The position numbers were made by a program, and so were the translations under genes. Below are positions 21,117 through 29,437 of a stretch of DNA of 64,000 nucleotides, in pieces. A model generated the notes under the pieces. The model ran no database searches. It saw nothing but the letters and a program-made list of their open reading frames with translations, and was not told where the DNA came from. The first letter of the stretch is position 1. Every line of letters starts with the position of its first letter. Origin of the DNA: Vibrio sp. (GTDB lineage Bacteria; Pseudomonadota; Gammaproteobacteria; Enterobacterales; Vibrionaceae); the NCBI GenBank assembly GCA_052087065.1, contig JBQGON010000001.1:8636-72635 (forward strand). The letters are read 5' to 3'.

Positions 21117-21149
21117 AACGCCTTTCCAGATGGAAAGGCGTTTTTATTT
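21117..21149 (+). terminator. Intrinsic terminator of tctCBA
   Basis: AACGCCTTTCC-agat-GGAAAGGCGTT followed by a T-rich run. Confidence 0.85.
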
Positions 21150-21381
21150 GTCGACGCTAATAGGGTGTTACGACTGGTTAAATCCACGCAGAAAACACGC
21201 TAGTGAGTTGTGATGATGAAGGCCTTAGGTTCACTCTTTGTAACGATTGACGTCTTGGTCTCAAAAAATGAGTCCTGATAAGGTTTTATCGAACGTTTCC
21301 TTTTATCATGACTAGAAATACCCTCATAAAAACGCTATTTTCGACGCTTCCATATCGTAATAACTATTGTGGAGTAGTGCA

Positions 21382-21867
21382 GTGAAAACAAAGCTGATTA
21401 CGCGAGAAGGCTACCAACAGCTCAAAGAGGAGCATGATTACCTGTGGAATGAACGTCGCCCAGAAGTCACCAAAATTGTCACTTGGGCTGCGAGCTTAGG
21501 GGATCGCTCTGAAAACGCGGATTATACTTTTAATAAACGTTTATTACGGCAAATTGATCGCCGCGTGCGTTACTTGCGCAAGTTGCTACCTGAATTAACC
21601 ATTGTCGATTATTCACCGCAACAAGATGGCAAAGTGTTCTTTGGCGCATGGGTTGAAATTGAGAATGAAGAAGGGGAAACCAAGCGCTTTCGAATTGTGG
21701 GCCCTGAAGAAATCTATGGTGATAAAAAAGACTATATCTCGATTGATTCGCCGATGGCGCGAGCGCTTTTGAAGCGAGAAGTTGATGATGATATAGAAGT
21801 CGTGACGCCATTAGGTAAGAAAACATGGTTTATTAATCGTATCGACTATGGCTCAAGTTCATCCTAG
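21382..21867 (+). CDS. greB: Transcription elongation factor GreB
   Basis: VTWAASLGDRSENADY, LRQIDRRVRYL, ISIDSPMARALL. Confidence 0.96.
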   Translation: MKTKLITREGYQQLKEEHDYLWNERRPEVTKIVTWAASLGDRSENADYTFNKRLLRQIDRRVRYLRKLLPELTIVDYSPQQDGKVFFGAWVEIENEEGETKRFRIVGPEEIYGDKKDYISIDSPMARALLKREVDDDIEVVTPLGKKTWFINRIDYGSSSS

Positions 21868-22033
21868 CGTTACTATGACGAGCTTGGCGACATGCGAGAA
21901 TCGCGGATGGGGTCATGCAGGGGTTTGTATTTTAAGAAACAAACGTTAACAATTGTTTATTACCCTGCATTGCGCTTGGTGATACATTGATGCTAATAGA
22001 AAAAGAGATTGGCGTGAGTCAATGAGGGATGTC

Positions 22034-22753
22034 ATGCAAGAAAGTTATAAAGTTCTAGTGGTTGATGATGACGCGCGTCTGCGCTCTTTGTTAGAACGTT
22101 ACCTCTCCGAGCAAGGGTTTCAAGTTCGCAGTGTTGCCAATGGTGAACAGATGGATCGCCTGTTAACTCGGGAAAACTTTCACCTAATGGTGTTGGATTT
22201 GATGTTACCGGGGGAGGACGGACTCTCGATTTGTCGCCGCCTACGTAACGCCAACAATATGTTGCCGATTTTAATGCTAACGGCAAAAGGTGACGAGATT
22301 GATCGCATCGTTGGTCTGGAAGTCGGGGCTGATGATTATCTCCCTAAGCCATTTAATCCACGTGAATTATTGGCTCGGATCAAAGCGGTATTACGACGCC
22401 AAGTGATTGAAGCGCCGGGCGCGCCAAGCGCCGCCGAGTCGATGGTTGAATTCGGTGAGTTTCGCTTGAACTTGGGAACGCGGGAAATGTACCGTAATGA
22501 TGAGCCGATGCCGCTGACCTCTGGTGAGTTTGCGGTGTTGAAAGCATTAGTATTAAACGCCCGAGAACCTCTATCGCGTGATAAGTTAATGAATATGGCT
22601 CGTGGTCGCGAGTATTCAGCAATGGAACGTTCTATTGATGTGCAGATCTCGCGTTTACGCCGCATGTTGGAAGAAGATCCAAGCAAACCACGTTATATTC
22701 AAACAGTTTGGGGCTTAGGCTATGTCTTCGTTCCGGATGGCAAATTAAAATAA
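22034..22753 (+). CDS. ompR: Response regulator OmpR
   Basis: KVLVVDDDARLRSLLERYL, VLDLMLPGEDGLSICRRL, RYIQTVWGLGYVFVPDG. Confidence 0.96.
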   Translation: MQESYKVLVVDDDARLRSLLERYLSEQGFQVRSVANGEQMDRLLTRENFHLMVLDLMLPGEDGLSICRRLRNANNMLPILMLTAKGDEIDRIVGLEVGADDYLPKPFNPRELLARIKAVLRRQVIEAPGAPSAAESMVEFGEFRLNLGTREMYRNDEPMPLTSGEFAVLKALVLNAREPLSRDKLMNMARGREYSAMERSIDVQISRLRRMLEEDPSKPRYIQTVWGLGYVFVPDGKLK

Positions 22754-22762
22754 TCGGTTACG

Positions 22763-22795
22763 ACGAACAGTGTGTCAGCACTGTTCGTATTTTTT
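22763..22795 (+). terminator. Terminator-like hairpin between ompR and envZ
   Basis: ACGAACAGTG-tgtcag-CACTGTTCGT-ATTTTTT. Confidence 0.65.
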
Positions 22796-22817
22796 GATCA
22801 GCTATTAAAGAGTACTT

Positions 22818-24143
22818 ATGCGCATTAAAATTCGCAGTACCTTCACCCAGTCTATTCTTCTTTTTCTCTCGTTATTGATTGCTAGTCAGCTTTATTCATT
22901 TTATGCGGTATTTAATTATGCCCTCATGCCTAGTTTGCAGCAGTTTAATAAGATTCTGGGGCACGAAATCAACCTCATGTTGGATGATTCAATACGCAAT
23001 AACCACATTGCACTAGACGCGCCTCAGCGGCAAAGGGTGTTGGAACAGTTAGGCGTCACCATTCATTCTGATCATAGCCCTGCTGCTCAAGAGTTTCAGC
23101 GAGGGGTGAGTATTGATTTGATGAGTGATGAGATGACTCAGGATTTAGGTTCGCCCACAGAAGTTCGCATGGCTTTAGGTAAAGAAAGTTACGTCTTATG
23201 GATTCGCATTGCCGAATTGCCTGGCCAGTTGATTCGCATTCCTTTATCGGAGCTGCAAGAAAAAGATTTTGCGCCTTTGTTTCGTAACAGCATCATTATG
23301 GCCTTTTTAATTGTGGCGGGTGGCTGGCTCTTCATTCGTCTACAGAATCGACCGTTATTGGCATTAGAGAAAGCGGCAAAAAGAGTGGGACAAGGGGAGT
23401 TTCCCGCGGCATTGCCAGAGAAAGGAGCGACCGAAATTCGTTCGGTGACCCGCTCTTTTAATCAAATGTCGCGAGGGATTCAAGCGCTTGAAGAAGATCG
23501 TGCTTTGTTAATGGCAGGCATTAGTCATGATTTAAGAACCCCGTTAACTCGGATTCGGTTAGCGACCGAGATGATGTCCCCCGAAGACAGCTATCTGGCC
23601 GAAGGCATTATTAGTGATACCGAAGAATGTAATGAAATCATCAGTCAGTTTATGGATTACTTGAAGCCGATTAATGTGGATTCGTTTGAGGCGGTGAATT
23701 TAAATGATATTGCCAATGACATTGCAACAGCAGAAGCGTTTGCGGGCGAAAATAAGGTCGAATGGTCACTCAATGACACCATATTGAACGCGCGAGGGAA
23801 TCCGATTGGGATTAAGCGAGCGGTGACCAACTTAGTGGTGAACGCATATCGCTATGGTAATGGCTGGGTTCGCTTATCGTCGGGCATGACCGCCGATTGT
23901 AAAATGGTGTGGCTGACGGTTGAAGATGATGGTCTCGGTATTCCGGCCGAGCAAGTCGCCACCTTGTTTGAACCATTTACGCGCGGTGATAGAGCCCGAG
24001 GTAGCGAAGGCACCGGGTTAGGACTGGCGATCGTCAAGCGAATTGTTACTCAGCACCAAGGCGCGGTGGCAATGACGAACCGCAGTACTGGCGGGCTAAA
24101 AGTACAAATTAGTTTTCCTGTTGCAACCAAAACGGGAAGCTAA
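22818..24143 (+). CDS. envZ: Sensor histidine kinase EnvZ
   Basis: [24 protein letters not shown]-box, [15 protein letters not shown]; follows ompR. Confidence 0.95.
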   Translation: MRIKIRSTFTQSILLFLSLLIASQLYSFYAVFNYALMPSLQQFNKILGHEINLMLDDSIRNNHIALDAPQRQRVLEQLGVTIHSDHSPAAQEFQRGVSIDLMSDEMTQDLGSPTEVRMALGKESYVLWIRIAELPGQLIRIPLSELQEKDFAPLFRNSIIMAFLIVAGGWLFIRLQNRPLLALEKAAKRVGQGEFPAALPEKGATEIRSVTRSFNQMSRGIQALEEDRALLMAGISHDLRTPLTRIRLATEMMSPEDSYLAEGIISDTEECNEIISQFMDYLKPINVDSFEAVNLNDIANDIATAEAFAGENKVEWSLNDTILNARGNPIGIKRAVTNLVVNAYRYGNGWVRLSSGMTADCKMVWLTVEDDGLGIPAEQVATLFEPFTRGDRARGSEGTGLGLAIVKRIVTQHQGAVAMTNRSTGGLKVQISFPVATKTGS

Positions 24144-24177
24144 GCTTCCCGTGATGTTATCAGTCGACTCAGCACGC

Positions 24178-25548
24178 TTAGGCGTCTTCTTCATTGTGGT
24201 GGACCGGTAAAATAAGGTTCATCACAATGGCCGTAATCCCACCGGCCGCAATGCCTGTAGAGAAGAGGTTTTTCACAAACTCAGGCATGAATTGCAAAAT
24301 TTCTGGCTTCTGAGCGATACCTAATCCCATAGAGAATGATAGCGCCATAATTAAAACTGCGCGACGATCTAGCTCGACACGCGAAATAATGCGCACCCCT
24401 GCCGCGGCAATCGTACCGAACATGACAATGGTTGCCCCGCCTAATACCGGCTCTGGAATCATTTGTACGAAGTTCGCAACCCCAGGGAACAAACCTAGCA
24501 CGACCAGCATGGCAGCAATGAAGTAACCGACATAGCGACTCGCCACCCCCGTTAGCATAATAATGCCATTGTTTTGACTGAAGGTTGAATTGGGAAAGCT
24601 ATTTAAAAAGGCCGCCAATGCTGAGTTAATGCCGTCCGCGAGTACCCCACCTTTAATACGCTGCATATAAATTGGACCCTTGACCGGCTCGCCAGAGACT
24701 TCAGAGGTTGCGGTAATATCGCCAATTGCTTCGAGAGCAGTAATGAAGAAGATTAACACTAAGGGTATAAACAGCGACCAATCAAAGCTTAATCCAAATT
24801 GCATTGGAATTGGCAGGGCAATCCAATGACTACTCGATTTAGCTGTGGTATCGACCATGCCCATCATGTAAGCCATAACATAGCCGACCAGCATCGCAAT
24901 CACGATTGAGGACACGCGGATATATGGGTTACGAGATCGGTTTAATAAGACGATTAAGCCTAATACCACACCCGCAAGCGCGAGGTTGGATAAACTGCCA
25001 AAGCTATGATTACTGATGGCTGCATAACCGCCGCCCATAGAAATCAATCCAACTTGGATAAGGGTCAGGCCAATCAATGTCACCACAATCCCCGACACGA
25101 GCGGGGTGATGATTTTTTGTGCGTATTGTAATACGCGAGACAGGAAGATTTCGGCAAGTGAGGCAACTAAAATGGTTCCAAAAATAGCGGACATCATAGT
25201 GGGGACATCAGCGCCTCCAGCTTTCAATGACATACCGGCGCCGATAATCGGGCCGAGGAAGTTAAAGCTGGTTCCTTGAATCGAGAGTAATCCAGAACCT
25301 ATCGGCCCAATCGTACGAATTTGGATAAAGGATGATACGCCGGAAGCGAATAACGACATACTGATGATGATGTTCGTTTGTTCTGCGGGCACTCCGAGTG
25401 ACTGACAAATAATCAGTGAGGGGGTGATTACGGCAACAAACATCGCCAATAAGTGCTGAATAGCCGCAAATAAGGTTTGGGGAAGTGGCGGCTTATCATT
25501 CAGTTGATAGACCAACTCAGTTTTTCGTGGGGTGGTTTTCGTTGTCAT
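24178..25548 (-). CDS. xanP: Xanthine permease (NCS2/NAT family)
   Basis: QHLLAMF TM1 motif and NAT signature [10 protein letters not shown]. Confidence 0.88.
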   Translation of the reverse strand: MTTKTTPRKTELVYQLNDKPPLPQTLFAAIQHLLAMFVAVITPSLIICQSLGVPAEQTNIIISMSLFASGVSSFIQIRTIGPIGSGLLSIQGTSFNFLGPIIGAGMSLKAGGADVPTMMSAIFGTILVASLAEIFLSRVLQYAQKIITPLVSGIVVTLIGLTLIQVGLISMGGGYAAISNHSFGSLSNLALAGVVLGLIVLLNRSRNPYIRVSSIVIAMLVGYVMAYMMGMVDTTAKSSSHWIALPIPMQFGLSFDWSLFIPLVLIFFITALEAIGDITATSEVSGEPVKGPIYMQRIKGGVLADGINSALAAFLNSFPNSTFSQNNGIIMLTGVASRYVGYFIAAMLVVLGLFPGVANFVQMIPEPVLGGATIVMFGTIAAAGVRIISRVELDRRAVLIMALSFSMGLGIAQKPEILQFMPEFVKNLFSTGIAAGGITAIVMNLILPVHHNEEDA

Positions 25549-25691
25549 AATTTCTAGGTGTCCTACCGGTCATAGTGATCACTTTGCTTACGCTGAATGG
25601 GGAAGCAAAGTCGAGCAGGCACGGTCTCTGTGATTGCTGTTAGTCAGAGCCTGCTCGAGATTGGTCTTTGGTGACATTGTTACCAAATAAG
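25549..25691 (-). promoter_or_regulatory. Structured 5' leader of xanP (candidate cis-regulatory RNA)
   Basis: Three consecutive hairpins and a small hairpin over the SD, downstream of a perfect TATAAT at 25703-25698. Confidence 0.4.
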
Positions 25692-25719
25692 GGCGAGATT
25701 ATAGAGCCTTTAGCTACAA

Positions 25720-25735
25720 AAGCAAACGATTGCTA
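25720..25735. promoter_or_regulatory. PurR operator overlapping the -35 region of the xanP promoter
   Basis: AAGCAAACGATTGCTA; 11/12 match to the GCAAACGTTTGC core; upstream of a purine permease. Confidence 0.75.
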
Positions 25736-25827
25736 ACCGAGATAAGGAGGGAAGTGTTATTGAAGAGCAATCTCAAGCCTGAAAAATATAAAGGGAATCG
25801 CACCCCTCATATTTTTCATTGAGTGAC

Positions 25828-26394
25828 TTAATCGAAATGATATTTGCCGTTGGTACTTTTTTTGACTGAGCCAGTTAAAGATACTGCTGGGAAAAGCAGG
25901 GCGCGCACATACAAGCAATAGCTCAAGAGTGCCATTGCAGCTAAGAGGCCAGCGACAATCCCTAAGGATAGTGAAATGGCATGTTGCTGCATGGTCATCA
26001 CTGTCATCACAATAAATAACAAGCCAAAGGTCAAAAAGTTAGTAAAAGCATGTAAGCGCAGTCGCCACATCCCTATACCATTAATAATGGGGAAAAGTAA
26101 GCCGATACAGCCAGTGAAAAACCACTCGAGTGGGCCGCTTTGCTGTTGAATTTCGGCGACAAAATAATGTGCGAGCCACATCATTGGCAGAGTTAATAAG
26201 AATACCAAGCTCACTAATGTCTGGTGGGATTTACGGTGTTCTGTCACGCGCTCAGGAGAGGGCACCGAAGCAATCAGAAACGCTAAGCGGTGCTCTTTAT
26301 CCACGCTCGACCGGTACTGGGCAAAAATTTTCTGTTTGCTCTCGCCCTTGGCGATACGTTGTTTGATCTCATTGATGAGTGTGGGCGTATTCAT
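25828..26394 (-). CDS. Hypothetical membrane protein (soluble N-terminus, about four TM helices)
   Basis: 188-aa ORF with GAGG RBS and four hydrophobic segments; no family recognised. Confidence 0.75.
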   Translation of the reverse strand: MNTPTLINEIKQRIAKGESKQKIFAQYRSSVDKEHRLAFLIASVPSPERVTEHRKSHQTLVSLVFLLTLPMMWLAHYFVAEIQQQSGPLEWFFTGCIGLLFPIINGIGMWRLRLHAFTNFLTFGLLFIVMTVMTMQQHAISLSLGIVAGLLAAMALLSYCLYVRALLFPAVSLTGSVKKSTNGKYHFD

Positions 26395-26485
26395 GGCATC
26401 CTCAAATAGTGTATTCCGCGTTCATTGTACGCACTTCATCGCCTCACCCCATCAGAATTTCATCAATTTCGTTAAAATATAATCA

Positions 26486-28564
26486 CTAAGCATGAGAGTA
26501 ATGCTCACGGCTGCCTAGCCAACGGTCGATAATAGCCTGAGCGTTTTGCGGGTATTGGTCATGAATATAACGAGCAATACGTTGAACTTCGGGGATAAGC
26601 GGTTGATCTCGTAATAAGTCGGCAATTTTAAAATCGGCAATGCCTGTTTGTTTGGTGCCAAGTAACTCCCCAGGGCCGCGAATGTCTAAATCTCGCTGGG
26701 CAATCACAAAGCCATCGTTACTTTCTCGCAATACCGCTAGGCGTTTTTGCGCCGTTTTTGATAGCGGAGCATGGTAGAGCAACACACAGTGACTGGCGAC
26801 TGAGCCACGGCCGACACGGCCACGCAACTGGTGTAACTGTGCTAGGCCTAGACGCTCTGGGTTCTCAATAATCATTAAGCTTGCATTGGGAACATCCACA
26901 CCCACTTCAATCACGGTGGTAGCCACCAACAGGTTCAGCTCGTTATTTTTAAACGCATGCATAACGGCTTGTTTTTCAGCTGCCTTCATCCGGCCGTGCA
27001 CCAAACCTATTTTGACATCCGGCAGAACGGTTTGCAGTTCTTCGGCTATATCCGCCGCCGCTTGGGCTTCTAATACTTCTGATTCATCAATTAAGGTACA
27101 GACCCAGTACGCTTGTTTCCCTTCGGTGAAACAGGCGTGACGGACACGCTCGATAATGGTGTCGCGTTTGGTATCAGGAATGGCCACGGTTTGTATTGGT
27201 GTACGCCCTGGTGGCAGCTCATCGATAACCGAGGTTTCGAGATCCGCATAAGCGGTCATGGCGAGTGTGCGTGGAATCGGAGTGGCTGTCATGATCAACT
27301 GGTGCGGAAACGCGCCTTGCTGAATGCCTTTTTCACGCAGCTCTAAACGCTGGTGGACACCAAAGCGGTGTTGCTCATCAATAATCACTAACGCGAGATT
27401 ATGAAATTTCACATGCTCTTGGAACAGAGCATGCGTTCCTACCACCATTTGCGCTTCACCACTGGCAATACGCGCTAGTTCGGTTTCTCGCGTTTTGCCT
27501 TTGAGCTTACCTGCCAGCCACCCGACTTGGATATTCATTGATTCAAACCAACCCGCAAAATTTAGCGCATGTTGCTCGGCCAGTAATTCGGTGGGGGCCA
27601 TGAGGGCAACTTGATAGCCACTGGCGATCGCATGCACGGCGGCTAATGCGGCCACGAGGGTTTTTCCTGAGCCAACATCGCCTTGTACTAAGCGCATCAT
27701 CGGGTAGGGCTGGGCTAAATCGGCCTCAATTTCGGTTACGACACGATCTTGCGCATTAGTCGGGGTAAAGGGTAGCTGATTTAATAGGGCTGCTTTCCAT
27801 TCCACCGAGGAGGGGATCGGCAAGGCTTTATCTTGCTGGCCTTGGCTGCGTACTGCGAGCATAGAAAGGTTTTGCGCCAACAATTCTTCCATAATTAAGC
27901 GAATTTGCGCAGGGTGACGGCCGTCATCAAATAAGGAAATATCAATGTCAGTCGCGGGACGATGAATAATATGCAGGGCTTGTCCCATGGTCATTTGATG
28001 ATCGTATAACCCAGAGGGCAATAATTCTTGTACCGCTGCCTTGTCTAGTAGAGCTAGGGCTTGGTCAGTTAAATTACGCAGTATGGCTTGGCGTAAACCA
28101 TCAGTGGTTGGGTAGACGGGGGTAAGATTGGGCTCAACATCAGGCTGTGTTGCCGGGGTAAAAAACTTGTAGTCAGGATGGACGATTTCGAGGCCATATT
28201 GCCCGCGTTTGATTTCCCCATAGGCGTATACCATGCGATCATCGGTAAAGGTGTTTTTCATCCCCGCGTTGAAGTTAAAAAAGCGTAGTGTGATTGAACC
28301 GTTACCATCACTGAGTTTGACCGTTAACATTTTGCGGCGGCCAAAAGTCGTATCGACTCCCGTTACTTTCCCTTGCACGGCCACCCAGATACCAGGATGC
28401 AACTTGGCGATTGGGTAGATACGTGTTCTATCTTCGTAACGCAGCGGTAAGTGGAACAGGAGATCTTGCACTGTCACTAAGCCCACTTTTTCTAGTTTTT
28501 CAGCGATTTTAGCGCCAACACCAGATAAAGAGGTGAGAGGAACAGTAGAAAGTAATTGAGACAT
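26486..28564 (-). CDS. recG: ATP-dependent DNA helicase RecG
   Basis: QGDVGSGKT, DEQH, MTATPIPRTL, QLHQLRGRVGRG. Confidence 0.97.
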   Translation of the reverse strand: MSQLLSTVPLTSLSGVGAKIAEKLEKVGLVTVQDLLFHLPLRYEDRTRIYPIAKLHPGIWVAVQGKVTGVDTTFGRRKMLTVKLSDGNGSITLRFFNFNAGMKNTFTDDRMVYAYGEIKRGQYGLEIVHPDYKFFTPATQPDVEPNLTPVYPTTDGLRQAILRNLTDQALALLDKAAVQELLPSGLYDHQMTMGQALHIIHRPATDIDISLFDDGRHPAQIRLIMEELLAQNLSMLAVRSQGQQDKALPIPSSVEWKAALLNQLPFTPTNAQDRVVTEIEADLAQPYPMMRLVQGDVGSGKTLVAALAAVHAIASGYQVALMAPTELLAEQHALNFAGWFESMNIQVGWLAGKLKGKTRETELARIASGEAQMVVGTHALFQEHVKFHNLALVIIDEQHRFGVHQRLELREKGIQQGAFPHQLIMTATPIPRTLAMTAYADLETSVIDELPPGRTPIQTVAIPDTKRDTIIERVRHACFTEGKQAYWVCTLIDESEVLEAQAAADIAEELQTVLPDVKIGLVHGRMKAAEKQAVMHAFKNNELNLLVATTVIEVGVDVPNASLMIIENPERLGLAQLHQLRGRVGRGSVASHCVLLYHAPLSKTAQKRLAVLRESNDGFVIAQRDLDIRGPGELLGTKQTGIADFKIADLLRDQPLIPEVQRIARYIHDQYPQNAQAIIDRWLGSREHYSHA

Positions 28565-28611
28565 ATCATCGAGCTCTTGACGCGTACACTGTCATTTATT
28601 CAAACACCAGA

Positions 28612-28627
28612 CTGTGTTTTTGTACAG
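28612..28627. promoter_or_regulatory. LexA (SOS) box upstream of recG
   Basis: CTG-TGTTTTTGTA-CAG matches CTG-N10-CAG, about 50 bp before the recG start. Confidence 0.75.
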
Positions 28628-28628
28628 C

Positions 28629-28665
28629 AAAAAAACCGCGCTATTCACGATAAATAGTGCGGTTT
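28629..28665 (-). terminator. Terminator after trmH
   Basis: Minus strand AAACCGCACTATTT...AATAGCGCGGTTTTTTT. Confidence 0.7.
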
Positions 28666-28694
28666 AGAGGCTTTTCTCGAATTTTGCGTAACGA

Positions 28695-29381
28695 TTAGGC
28701 GCGTTGCATCTCTTGCCACCATGCTGGTTCTGCAATAATTTGGCCTTCATCGTCTAACGGTGGGTAAGGCAGACCTTTACGTTTTGCGACTTTGGCGAGC
28801 ACAGGGTGACCTCGTTCGAATAACACACGTTGGATAGTTTCTTGTGGTAACGGGCTTTCGCTTCTGTCATACATGCCAGCAATCTGACGTTGGCGTTGTG
28901 CTTCATACAAAATTAATGCACTGGCGACCGAAACATTGAGAGACTGCACCATACCGACCATTGGAATCACAATATCTTGATCCGCAAGCGCAAGCGCCTC
29001 GGCACTGATACCGGTTTTTTCACTACCAAGAATAATGGCGGTGGGCTGAGTGTAATCGACATCGCGAAAGTCGACTGCCGTCTCGGAAAGGTGGGTCAAC
29101 AAGATCTGCATTCCTTGGTTTTTGAGCTCACTGACTGCGGCTTGGATAGTATCGTGAGTCTCGACTTCGACCCAGTTGCGCGCACCTGCTGAGGTGTGAG
29201 CAAGGGTTTTCATCTGCTTATTGGGCCATACCGCGTGAATACGATGTAAACCAGTGGCATCGGCACTACGTATGATCGCAGAGACATTATTGGGCTTGTG
29301 AACTTCTTCTAAGCACAGGGTAAGATCGGTTTGGCGTGCACGCAGCACTGTTTGAATTCGGGCGTAACGTTCTGGGTTCAT
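28695..29381 (-). CDS. trmH: tRNA (guanosine(18)-2'-O)-methyltransferase
   Basis: HKPNNVSAIIRSADA, IILGSEKTG, IPMVGMVQSLNVSVA SpoU motifs. Confidence 0.95.
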   Translation of the reverse strand: MNPERYARIQTVLRARQTDLTLCLEEVHKPNNVSAIIRSADATGLHRIHAVWPNKQMKTLAHTSAGARNWVEVETHDTIQAAVSELKNQGMQILLTHLSETAVDFRDVDYTQPTAIILGSEKTGISAEALALADQDIVIPMVGMVQSLNVSVASALILYEAQRQRQIAGMYDRSESPLPQETIQRVLFERGHPVLAKVAKRKGLPYPPLDDEGQIIAEPAWWQEMQRA

Positions 29382-29437
29382 AACACTGGCGTTCCTGATG
29401 GAGCGTTCCCTGCTGAGCGCAGGGAACCGGAGACGGA

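Noticed and set aside
15840-21300. 9-bp direct repeat AACGTTTCC (15840-15848 and 21292-21300) flanking the tct module, as a possible target-site duplication
   Set aside because: A 9-mer shared between spacers of about 150 and 300 bp is expected by chance at roughly the 15-20% level, and no transposase or terminal inverted repeats are present
25549-25691. Canonical purine or xanthine (NMT1) riboswitch before xanP
   Set aside because: I could not find the conserved core sequences of these classes; kept only as an unassigned structured leader
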